From contig JAOZPK010000003.1 of the NCBI GenBank assembly GCA_029932755.1, positions 1 through 37,682 on the forward strand: a stretch of 37,682 nucleotides of DNA, in the 5' to 3' direction. The DNA comes from Candidatus Cloacimonadota bacterium. Its GTDB lineage: Bacteria > Cloacimonadota > Cloacimonadia > Cloacimonadales > TCS61. Every line of letters starts with the position of its first letter. Within the stretch, counting starts at the first letter, position 1. The translations under genes and the position numbers were made by a program. Shown piece after piece: positions 19,882 through 27,021 of this stretch. Below the pieces are notes generated by a model. That model ran no database searches and was not told the DNA's origin. It was given only the letters and a program-made list of their open reading frames with translations.

Positions 19882-20593
19882 TTTATTTATTGTACTCCTG
19901 CTGTTAAGCTGTGAAGTAACAACTGGATTTAGATCAGATAAAACATATGTTATCATAACTTTTGATGATGGACACAATAGCATTTATTATACCGCTCTTC
20001 CAATCATGGAAGAATTTGGATTTAGAGCTACAAACGTGATCAATACGGGAATTATTGGCAATGAAATTAGTTTAACATGGTTACAGGTAGAAGAATTAGA
20101 ATTTGAACATGGTTGGGAAACTGCTGGGCATACCCTTCATCACATTACACTTCCTACTGTGCCAATAGAAATAGTTGAATATGAGATCCATCAAGATTGG
20201 TTAAACCTTATTGATCATGGTTTAAGTCATTCTACTTTTGCTCTTCCAAGCGGAAAAGCAAGTCAGGAACATTATGATATAATTCTTCAATATTATCAAA
20301 ATGTTAGAACAAGTTTAAATATTACTACATATGCACCAATAGATCGCACAGACCTGGGTTATTACCCTTATCTATCATGTTATTCTGCCGAAACTGCAGA
20401 AGCCAGAATTCTGCAAGCTGTAGAAAATAATGAATGTTTATTAATAATAGGTTTCCACAGAATAATGGAAGAAACTGCTGGACATCCATCTAATTGTAAG
20501 CCGGATGATTTTCATAAAATAATGAAATTTATAAGTGATAATCATCTTGAGGTAATTACCATTAACGAAGCATGTGAATTACTTTCAGGATAA
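19862..20593 (+). CDS. Polysaccharide deacetylase (NodB-homology) lipoprotein
   Basis: 243 aa. Lipobox LLLLSC. NodB motifs ITFDDGHNS and GHTLHH. Overlaps the upstream gene by 20 nt; alternative ATG at 19868. Confidence 0.8.
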   Translation: MNMKWISLFIVLLLLSCEVTTGFRSDKTYVIITFDDGHNSIYYTALPIMEEFGFRATNVINTGIIGNEISLTWLQVEELEFEHGWETAGHTLHHITLPTVPIEIVEYEIHQDWLNLIDHGLSHSTFALPSGKASQEHYDIILQYYQNVRTSLNITTYAPIDRTDLGYYPYLSCYSAETAEARILQAVENNECLLIIGFHRIMEETAGHPSNCKPDDFHKIMKFISDNHLEVITINEACELLSG

Positions 20594-20601
20594 GAGGATT
20601 A

Positions 20602-21045
20602 ATGGAAAACATAGAAGTTACTTTACGAGTTTTAAAACCCTCTGAATATAACTCTTTGATAAATATATGGGTAAAATCATCTCTTCCATATAAACCTGAA
20701 GGTCGAGACTCAGAAGATAATATAAAGAGACAGTTACAATTAGAAAATAACCGTTTCTATGTTGCTGAGATAACAGGAGAGCTTGTAGGTGCAATTATAG
20801 CAAGCCACAATGGGCGCAAAGGCTGGATCAATCGGCTTGCCGTTCTACCCCAATTCAGAGGTAAAGGTATTGCTTCTTCTTTAATGAAAAAATCTGAAGA
20901 TTTTTTTCTTTCTAACAATATAAAAATATTTGCCTGTTTAATAGAAGATTGGAATGATCTTTCGACGAAATTTTTTATAGATAAAGAGTATCTTGAGCAC
21001 AAAGATATTATTTATTATACTAAAAGGATTAATCCAAAAATTTAA
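20602..21045 (+). CDS. GNAT-family N-acetyltransferase
   Basis: 147 aa. Acetyl-CoA motif A WINRLAVLPQFRGKGIASSLM. Starts 8 nt after the deacetylase gene. Confidence 0.85.
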   Translation: MENIEVTLRVLKPSEYNSLINIWVKSSLPYKPEGRDSEDNIKRQLQLENNRFYVAEITGELVGAIIASHNGRKGWINRLAVLPQFRGKGIASSLMKKSEDFFLSNNIKIFACLIEDWNDLSTKFFIDKEYLEHKDIIYYTKRINPKI

Positions 21046-21122
21046 AGATTATTTTCTTGCAATATTAACATCTTCAAATTTTTTTGCTTAAAAATATTAT
21101 AAATTTTATAAAGGAGCAGATC

Positions 21123-21512
21123 ATGGCTGAAATCAGAATTACTATCTCGGAAATTGTTGATATATGTATTGCAAATAAGCTGATCCCTGACTCCGTTTCA
21201 AATATTGAAATATTAGGCGAACGTATAAAATTTCGATATAAAAATGAAAATCCGATATCAACTAATATTGACTTAGAAATAAATTATAAGGATTACAATA
21301 ATGGTATATTATTTCTGGAAGTACAAACAAACTGGATAGTAGATAAATATCTGCGTTTTAAGAAATTACCAAATATTAAATATTTGCAGTACGAACATCC
21401 GGTACTCACTTTTTTCTTGCAGCAATATTTATATGATAAATTAAAGATTGTGCAAATAGAAGATATTTATTTCAAAAATGGATATTTTAAAATAAAAACA
21501 TTTAATAAGTAG
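21123..21512 (+). CDS. Hypothetical protein
   Basis: AAAGGAG at 21110-21116 is followed by ATG 21123; the ORF-track TTG 21084 is unlikely. 129 aa, no TM segments, no recognisable motif. Confidence 0.5.
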   Translation: MAEIRITISEIVDICIANKLIPDSVSNIEILGERIKFRYKNENPISTNIDLEINYKDYNNGILFLEVQTNWIVDKYLRFKKLPNIKYLQYEHPVLTFFLQQYLYDKLKIVQIEDIYFKNGYFKIKTFNK

Positions 21513-21542
21513 AAGAATCATAATTATAAAAGGAGAAGAAAA

Positions 21543-22343
21543 ATGAAAAAAATAATGATGCTGATTATTATCGCAACACTTGTTTCGATAAATTTATTTA
21601 GTGTTCCCAAAGGAGAAGAGATGAGTTACACAAAAACAGATTCCGGATTGGAATATGTGATTACTGAGAAAGGAAGAGGAGTACTGGCAACAGCAGGAAG
21701 CAGGGTAAAAGTACATTATACTGGAAAACTTGAGGATGGAACTAAATTTGATAGTTCCTTAGATAGAAATGAACCATTCGTTTTTGAACTTGGAGCAGGA
21801 ATGGTGATCAAGGGTTGGGATGAAGGATTCACATTACTTCACGTTGGTGATAAAGCTACTTTAAAGATTCCCCCGCATCTGGGATACGGAGAAAGAGGTG
21901 CCGGTAGTGTGATTCCTCCTAATGCTACTTTAATTTTTGAGGTTGAGTTACTGGAAATAATGCCTGTGGTCAAGATCGAAGAATTTGATATTAAGGAAAA
22001 AGTAAGTTCCAAAACAGAATCTGGGCTGGAATATATTTTAGTTGCGGAAGGTACAGGTATTAAAGCTACAGCTGGAAATACTGTGAATGTGCATTATACT
22101 GGTTATCTTGAAGATGGTACTATTTTTGATTCCTCTGTGAAAAGAGATCAGCCATTCAGTTTTGTTTTAGGAATGGGAAGAGTTATCAAGGGCTGGGATG
22201 AAGGAGTTGCTTTGATGAAAGTTGGTGACAAAGTACGCTTTATCATTCCTTCTGAACTTGGTTATGGAGAAAGAGGTGCAGGCGGAGTTATTCCTCCCAA
22301 TGCTACTCTTATTTTTGATGTTGAACTTTTAGAAGTAAAATAA
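21543..22343 (+). CDS. Secreted FKBP-type peptidyl-prolyl cis-trans isomerase with two tandem FKBP domains
   Basis: 266 aa with a signal peptide. Two copies of VHYTGxLEDGTxFDSS...VIKGWDEG...[25 protein letters not shown]. Confidence 0.9.
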   Translation: MKKIMMLIIIATLVSINLFSVPKGEEMSYTKTDSGLEYVITEKGRGVLATAGSRVKVHYTGKLEDGTKFDSSLDRNEPFVFELGAGMVIKGWDEGFTLLHVGDKATLKIPPHLGYGERGAGSVIPPNATLIFEVELLEIMPVVKIEEFDIKEKVSSKTESGLEYILVAEGTGIKATAGNTVNVHYTGYLEDGTIFDSSVKRDQPFSFVLGMGRVIKGWDEGVALMKVGDKVRFIIPSELGYGERGAGGVIPPNATLIFDVELLEVK

Positions 22344-22369
22344 TAATAAGTTTTCAAATTTCGTTAAAT

Positions 22370-22404
22370 AAATGGCTCGATCGTTAAGATCGAGCCATTT
22401 TTAG
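22370..22404 (+). terminator. Rho-independent terminator closing the long + strand block
   Basis: Stem ggctcgatc (22374-22382) / gatcgagcc (22388-22396), extended by aaat/attt. 5-nt loop, then T-run 22398-22402. Confidence 0.8.
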
Positions 22405-22424
22405 ATTCCCACTTTCGTGAGAAT
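22405..22424. repeat. Short hairpin module attcccac-tttc-gtgagaat
   Basis: 7 of 8 positions pair. The 8-mer attcccac recurs at 33062-33069 as the 5' arm of another hairpin. Confidence 0.5.
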
Positions 22425-22480
22425 GATAAAATAATGTTTGAAAAGTTGTCATTCCCAAATTGCCTATCAACCACAGCTCG

Positions 22481-22530
22481 TGTCATCCTGAGCCCTTCGA
22501 CTGTGCTCAGGACAGGCTTGTCGAAGGACG
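22481..22530. repeat. GC-rich structured intergenic element, copy 1
   Basis: tgtcatcctgagcccttcgactgtgctcaggacaggcttgtcgaag matches 32996-33042 at 43/46 positions plus one indel (hand count). Contains two interleaved inverted repeats. Confidence 0.8.
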
Positions 22531-22555
22531 TAGGCTGGATTGGAAATTTAAATAA

Positions 22556-23677
22556 TTATATTATCATATTTGCTAATTTTATACCTTGCAATTTTAAAAC
22601 AGTTTCCTCAAATTCTTTTCGAAGTGATTCCATTAATTCTTTAACAGAAACTATCTGTTTTATTCTATATGCATTAACACCGGCAAAACTGAATCCGCCT
22701 GTTAAATTACCGATCTTTGCCTTCATTAAAGCGTCTGCAATACAATATAGAGATTGTTTCATTTTGCATGTCTTCAAACATTTCCATGGACAGTTAAACG
22801 GCATCCGTATTCCTGATGTCACATCTGTTAGAAATTTGTTGATTATCGCTCTACCGGGCAAACCAACCGGGCTTTTAATTATTCCAATATCTTCTTTATG
22901 ACAATTTACAAACTGCTCTTTAAATTTTATATCTGCATCACATTCATCTGTTGCCACAAAACGTGTTCCCATTTGAACTCCAGCTGCCCCCATCTTAAGG
23001 AATTTATAAATATCTTCTCCACTGAAGATACCACCGGCTGCAATAACAGGAATGTCTTTACCAAAGCGTTGTTTAAATGGTTCAAGGATCTTGATTACTT
23101 TAGGAATGATCTTTTCTAATGCATAATGAAGATCGTCTATCTGCTCTGCTTTAAAACCAAGATGACCTCCCGCTTTTGGTCCTTCCACCACAACAGCATC
23201 AGGAATGTGATCGTATTTCTTTTCCCAACTATTAAAGATCAATTTTGCTGCCCTATCCGAAGATACTATAGGAACGATTTTAGTTTTTACGGATTTCAAA
23301 TATTCTAATGTAAGACCTTCCGGAATTTTCAGCGGTAATCCGGCACCTAAAAACAAAATATCTATCTCTTCTTCTATAGCAACTTTTACAATATCATCAT
23401 AATCGGATACAGCTACCATAACATTCAATCCGATCACTCCATCTGACATCGCTTTTGCCTTGCGTATTTCTTTTCTCAGACAAATTAAATTATTCTTGCG
23501 ATAATTCTTCCTACCTACCTTTTCTAACAAGCCCAAACCAACCGATGAAATAACTCCGATCCCACCCTCATTCGCTGTTGCGGCTGCTAAGCCAGATAGA
23601 GATATTCCTACTCCCATGCCACCCTGAATAATTGGAACACGGGCAGTAAATTCACCTATTTTCAATTCTGGAAACAT
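22556..23677 (-). CDS. Nitronate monooxygenase-family FMN oxidoreductase (FabK-like enoyl-ACP reductase II family) with Cys-rich C-terminal extension
   Basis: PIIQGGMGVGIS, VVEGPKAGGHLG, AAGGI motifs. ATG 23677 is preceded by GAAGGAGAGG; the ORF-track ATG 23710 has no SD. C-terminal CPWKCLKTC...C. Confidence 0.85.
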   Translation of the reverse strand: MFPELKIGEFTARVPIIQGGMGVGISLSGLAAATANEGGIGVISSVGLGLLEKVGRKNYRKNNLICLRKEIRKAKAMSDGVIGLNVMVAVSDYDDIVKVAIEEEIDILFLGAGLPLKIPEGLTLEYLKSVKTKIVPIVSSDRAAKLIFNSWEKKYDHIPDAVVVEGPKAGGHLGFKAEQIDDLHYALEKIIPKVIKILEPFKQRFGKDIPVIAAGGIFSGEDIYKFLKMGAAGVQMGTRFVATDECDADIKFKEQFVNCHKEDIGIIKSPVGLPGRAIINKFLTDVTSGIRMPFNCPWKCLKTCKMKQSLYCIADALMKAKIGNLTGGFSFAGVNAYRIKQIVSVKELMESLRKEFEETVLKLQGIKLANMII

Positions 23678-23744
23678 TTCCTCTCCTTCAAAAACTTTCT
23701 TTTCGAGCATTTACGTTTTTTAGTTGAATTTTAAATAAAAAAAA

Positions 23745-24317
23745 TTAATTATTAGTTATTCCATTAAAAATTACATTAAGCATATCGTTACTCTCTTTAA
23801 TGGGATCATAGTCTTTTGCTTCTACAAAGAGTGGAAATTCTAATCCTTTAATAGCAATCGATATCATCCGGGAAATAGTAACAACATCATCAACATCAAA
23901 GAAATTCTGTTTAATCCCATCTTCCAGAAGGTTCTTTATAACTGTGCTTTCATATTCGTAGAAATCTTTTCGCACTTCTTCCACGAATAAATAGTGATCA
24001 AGATACTCATCTGTAAGAGTTGAATAGAATTTACTGAGATCTTGCAGGTGAGTCATCCTGGTAATTACATAAGCTCTAATTTTATCTTCCGGTGTATTGG
24101 CAGCATAAATTGCGTCATTCAGCTTCTGTTGGAAGATTTGTGTATCTCTGCGGATCACTTCAGCAAAGATATCATCTTTACTTTTGAAATAATAATAGAC
24201 CGAGGATTTGCCCATATGCACTTTTTTGGCAATATCTTCCATTGTGGTTTTTAGGAAGCCGTACTGCATAAAAAGCTGTTCAGCAATTATAATTATCCTC
24301 TCTTTCTTATCATCCAT
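23745..24317 (-). CDS. TetR/AcrR-family transcriptional regulator
   Basis: N-terminal HTH ERIIIIAEQLFMQYGFLKTTMEDIAKKVHMGKSSVYYYFKSKDDIF. ATG 24317 is preceded by GAGGA; the ORF-track TTG 24371 is more likely a -35-like TTGACG. Lies 34 nt upstream of the NMO gene on the same strand. Confidence 0.85.
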   Translation of the reverse strand: MDDKKERIIIIAEQLFMQYGFLKTTMEDIAKKVHMGKSSVYYYFKSKDDIFAEVIRRDTQIFQQKLNDAIYAANTPEDKIRAYVITRMTHLQDLSKFYSTLTDEYLDHYLFVEEVRKDFYEYESTVIKNLLEDGIKQNFFDVDDVVTISRMISIAIKGLEFPLFVEAKDYDPIKESNDMLNVIFNGITNN

Positions 24318-24335
24318 TTTTATTTCCTCAATACT

Positions 24336-24371
24336 TTTCGACCAATACCGTTTTTCGGTCGAAAGCGTCAA
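24336..24371 (-). promoter_or_regulatory. Candidate TetR promoter/operator: 8-bp inverted repeat tttcgacc-N13-ggtcgaaa next to a -35-like TTGACG
   Basis: Arms at 24336-24343 and 24357-24364. On the minus strand TTGACG (24371-24366) precedes the palindrome and a weak TATTGG follows. Sits 19-47 nt upstream of the TetR ATG. Confidence 0.3.
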
Positions 24372-24618
24372 TAGTTTTTTTTTGCTTCTTGCTCTTTTAC
24401 ATCCTGCTCCTCTACGAGTCGGCTTTGTTCATAAGCAAAACGATCTTGATTCTTTTTAATTCGTAATTATTAATTAGTATTTCAACCTCTAAGCTTATTT
24501 ATTATTGACATTTAAATTTCAATATTTCAAATTCGGTATTGCGTTAATGATTAGACTTTGAATGAAATAAAATTGAGTGTAATGTTGAATTATCCGAATT
24601 AGAATTTGATGAAGGAGA

Positions 24619-24656
24619 GTTGTACAATAACCACCAGAAAAAAGTTATTGTACAAC
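24619..24656. promoter_or_regulatory. Perfect 13-bp inverted repeat containing two TTGTACAA palindromes
   Basis: gttgtacaataac (24619-24631) / gttattgtacaac (24644-24656) with a 12-nt spacer. Located in the TetR/GLUG divergent intergenic region, about 95-130 nt upstream of the GLUG-protein start. Confidence 0.45.
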
Positions 24657-24748
24657 AAAATTACTGTAACTATAGGTTAGTTGTATGAACCTTTTTGGTG
24701 GAAGCAGCGTACATATATTAGCAGCAACTTTGAAAAGATGGAGTAATT

Positions 24749-26242
24749 ATGAAGATTGATAGATTATTTATATTTTACATAATTCTTATTTGTATTAATT
24801 TACTTGCAGACGGAGTACAACCTGAAGGTTCAGGAACAGAAGTAGATCCTTACCAAGTAGAAATATTGGATAATTTATTATGGATAAGTACGAACAGCAG
24901 CTCCTGGGATAAGGACTTTATTCAAACAGCAGATATAGATGCTTCGGACACACAGAACTGGAATAATGGTGGAGGTTTTGTAACTATTGCTATTGATTCA
25001 GTTTTCACAGGTAATTATAATGGTCTAAACCATACAATAGATAGTTTATATATAAATCATTCACTATCTTATCCTTATGGACCAGGTCTGTTCTGTATAG
25101 CTACTAATACTATCCAGAATCTTGGATTAATAAATGTTAATATAATAACCGGGCAATATGGAGTTGGTGGTTTAATAGGAATTAATGGGGGAACCATCAT
25201 TAACTGCTACACTACAGGAGATGTGAATGGAGATGGTTATTATACAGGTGGATTGGTGGGGAGGAATTACTTCAATGGTAATATTATTAATTGCTATAGC
25301 ACGTGTAATGTTAATGGACATAGTGGAGTTGGTGGCTTGGTAGGTCTTAATTCAAATAATGCAACAATAATAAATTGTTATAGCATCGGCAATGTAAATG
25401 GAAACGGGAACGTTGGAGGATTAATTGGTCAAAATGGTGAAGCTAATGTTAATAATTCATATTGTAGTGGTGATGTTAGTGGAAACTATAATATTGGAGG
25501 TTTGGTTGGGAATAATTACTTCAATGGTAATATTATTAATTGCTATAGTTTAGGAGCTGTAAGTGGAACTGATTTTATTGGTGGCTTGGTCGGAGATAAT
25601 GAATATAATGGCAATATAGATAAATGTTATAGTATTGGACAAGTCGACGGAATGAATCAAACTGGAGGATTAGTTGGTAACAACGATTCTTCAATTGTAA
25701 ATAATTCTTTCTTTGATATGAATACGTCAGGACAAACTACAAGCTTTGGTGGAACAGGAAAGACAACTATTGAGATGCACAATGTAGCTACATATACATC
25801 GCTTAATACAATCGGTTTAACATCTGCGTGGGATTTTGTAGGTAATCCTTTTGATGATTATGGAAGTAATGATTATTGGGATATTGATTCCGAAATAAAT
25901 GATGGGTATCCATATTTTACTAATCCTTATGTAGTTGGAATTGAAACTGAGATGTCACTTCTGCAAAACTATAATATATCAAATTATCCCAATCCTTTTA
26001 ATCCTTCAACAACAATTGAATTTTCTATCCAAACTGTTTCTAAAGTTAAGCTTTCTATTTATAACATCAAGGGTCAGAAAATCAAAACCTTAGCTAACAA
26101 TGAATTCAATAAAGGTAGTTATTCAATTATCTGGAATGGTGTTGATGAATCAGGCAAACCTGTCAGTTCAGGATTATATTTCTACAAACTAAATGTAAAT
26201 AGTAAAATTGAAGCAACAAAGAAAATGCTGCTTTTAAAATAA
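24749..26242 (+). CDS. GLUG-repeat surface protein with T9SS-type C-terminal sorting domain
   Basis: 497 aa with a signal peptide. About seven 27-29-aa repeats of the form IINCYSxGxVxGxxxxGGL(V/I)G. The C-terminal ~80 aa (NYPNPFNPSTTIEFSI...SGLYFYKLNV...KKMLLLK) resembles the Por/T9SS type A tail. Confidence 0.85.
   Translation: MKIDRLFIFYIILICINLLADGVQPEGSGTEVDPYQVEILDNLLWISTNSSSWDKDFIQTADIDASDTQNWNNGGGFVTIAIDSVFTGNYNGLNHTIDSLYINHSLSYPYGPGLFCIATNTIQNLGLINVNIITGQYGVGGLIGINGGTIINCYTTGDVNGDGYYTGGLVGRNYFNGNIINCYSTCNVNGHSGVGGLVGLNSNNATIINCYSIGNVNGNGNVGGLIGQNGEANVNNSYCSGDVSGNYNIGGLVGNNYFNGNIINCYSLGAVSGTDFIGGLVGDNEYNGNIDKCYSIGQVDGMNQTGGLVGNNDSSIVNNSFFDMNTSGQTTSFGGTGKTTIEMHNVATYTSLNTIGLTSAWDFVGNPFDDYGSNDYWDIDSEINDGYPYFTNPYVVGIETEMSLLQNYNISNYPNPFNPSTTIEFSIQTVSKVKLSIYNIKGQKIKTLANNEFNKGSYSIIWNGVDESGKPVSSGLYFYKLNVNSKIEATKKMLLLK
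25265..25299 (+). repeat. Exact 35-nt intragenic repeat, copy 1
   Basis: aattacttcaatggtaatattattaattgctatag is identical to 25514-25548, 249 nt (three protein repeats) downstream. Confidence 0.9.
25514..25548 (+). repeat. Exact 35-nt intragenic repeat, copy 2
   Basis: Identical to 25265-25299. Confidence 0.9.
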
Positions 26243-26253
26243 CAAAATATAAG

Positions 26254-26291
26254 CCCGGCTTGAGAATCTCTCAGGCTGGGTTTTCTTTTTT
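26254..26291 (+). terminator. Rho-independent terminator after the GLUG-protein gene
   Basis: 12-bp stem cccggcttgaga (26254-26265) / tctcaggctggg (26269-26280) with two G-U pairs and a 3-nt loop, then ttttctttttt. Confidence 0.8.
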
Positions 26292-26313
26292 CATATCATC
26301 CTGATTTTTCTTA

Positions 26314-27021
26314 TTAACTCCTCATAAGTGATTCAAAATAGACAGGAACCTTTGTTACAAATATCATCTTCTCTTTAGAGAATGGATGAGTGATCGTGAG
26401 GGATGCTGCATGAAGCATAAGCCTTTTAATGCCCTTTTCTTTTACTCCATATTTCTTGTCACCGGCTACTGCACAGCCATTATCCGCCAGATGAACCCGG
26501 ATCTGATTTTTCCTGCCTGTTAGCAGATCAATTTCCAAAAGACTATATTTTGAAGATTCTTTTATAACCTTATAACCCGTCTTAGCAAGTTTGCCTTTTT
26601 TGGAGTCAGTTACAGAATACATTCTATGAACACTGTTTTCCGCTAAATAGGAAGAAATTACTTCCTCTTTATGCGACATTGTTCCATGAACCAGAGCATA
26701 ATACTTTTTACTAAAATTCTGCCACTCTTCCTGCAGATAACGCTTGGCTTTCTCGTTCTTAGCAAAAACAATGACACCGGAAGTATCCTTATCAAGCCGA
26801 TGCACAATAAATACCCTTCGTCTTGATTTCTGATTCCCCTTGCGCACATATTCATTCAGAAGAAAATAAGCTGTTTTATCTCTCACCTTTTCACTACTCA
26901 CTGTTAAAAGACCGTTCACCTTATCCACCACAATTATATCCCGATCTTCATAGAGAATAGTGAGTCCTTTCGGTTGATATCTTTTGGGTGGTCTTTTAAA
27001 TTGTTTAATACTTTCCTGCAT
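26314..27021 (-). CDS. RluA-family pseudouridine synthase
   Basis: 235 aa. Catalytic motif HRLDKDTSGVIVFAKN, plus GRKNQIRVH and LHA motifs. No N-terminal S4 domain. Confidence 0.9.
   Translation of the reverse strand: MQESIKQFKRPPKRYQPKGLTILYEDRDIIVVDKVNGLLTVSSEKVRDKTAYFLLNEYVRKGNQKSRRRVFIVHRLDKDTSGVIVFAKNEKAKRYLQEEWQNFSKKYYALVHGTMSHKEEVISSYLAENSVHRMYSVTDSKKGKLAKTGYKVIKESSKYSLLEIDLLTGRKNQIRVHLADNGCAVAGDKKYGVKEKGIKRLMLHAASLTITHPFSKEKMIFVTKVPVYFESLMRS

Noticed and set aside
21543-22343. Tandem FKBP domains as a recent duplication of interest
   Set aside because: The two halves are clearly diverged at the DNA level, and two-domain periplasmic FKBPs are ordinary.
22483-22490. The octamer tcatcctg as a universal signature of the intergenic repeats (also at 26296, 29013, and variants at 297 and 32998)
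   Set aside because: The same octamer also occurs inside coding regions (e.g. 18524-18531, 24053-24060), so alone it is not diagnostic. Only the longer alignments are reported.
22434-22901. 155-aa + strand ORF from the track
   Set aside because: Its N-terminus is a translation of the intergenic repeat element (VILSPSTVLRTGLSKD). The rest is antisense to the well-supported NMO-family gene. No SD and no recognisable motif.
24042-24459. Two + strand ORFs (70 and 83 aa) over the TetR gene and its upstream region
   Set aside because: They are antisense to the TetR CDS or read through its promoter and operator. No motif support.
24619-24656. Integron attC-like or Xer/dif-like recombination site
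   Set aside because: The arm ends (caataac / gttattg) do not fit the RYYYAAC / GTTRRRY core-site pattern, there is no resemblance to dif, and no integrase or recombinase gene is nearby.
24685-24759. 24-codon uORF (MNLFGGSSVHILAATLKRWSNYED) overlapping the GLUG gene start
   Set aside because: No SD and no conservation evidence available. It may be a chance frame. It is kept only as a side note to the leader-structure finding, because it covers the cctttttggtgg segment.
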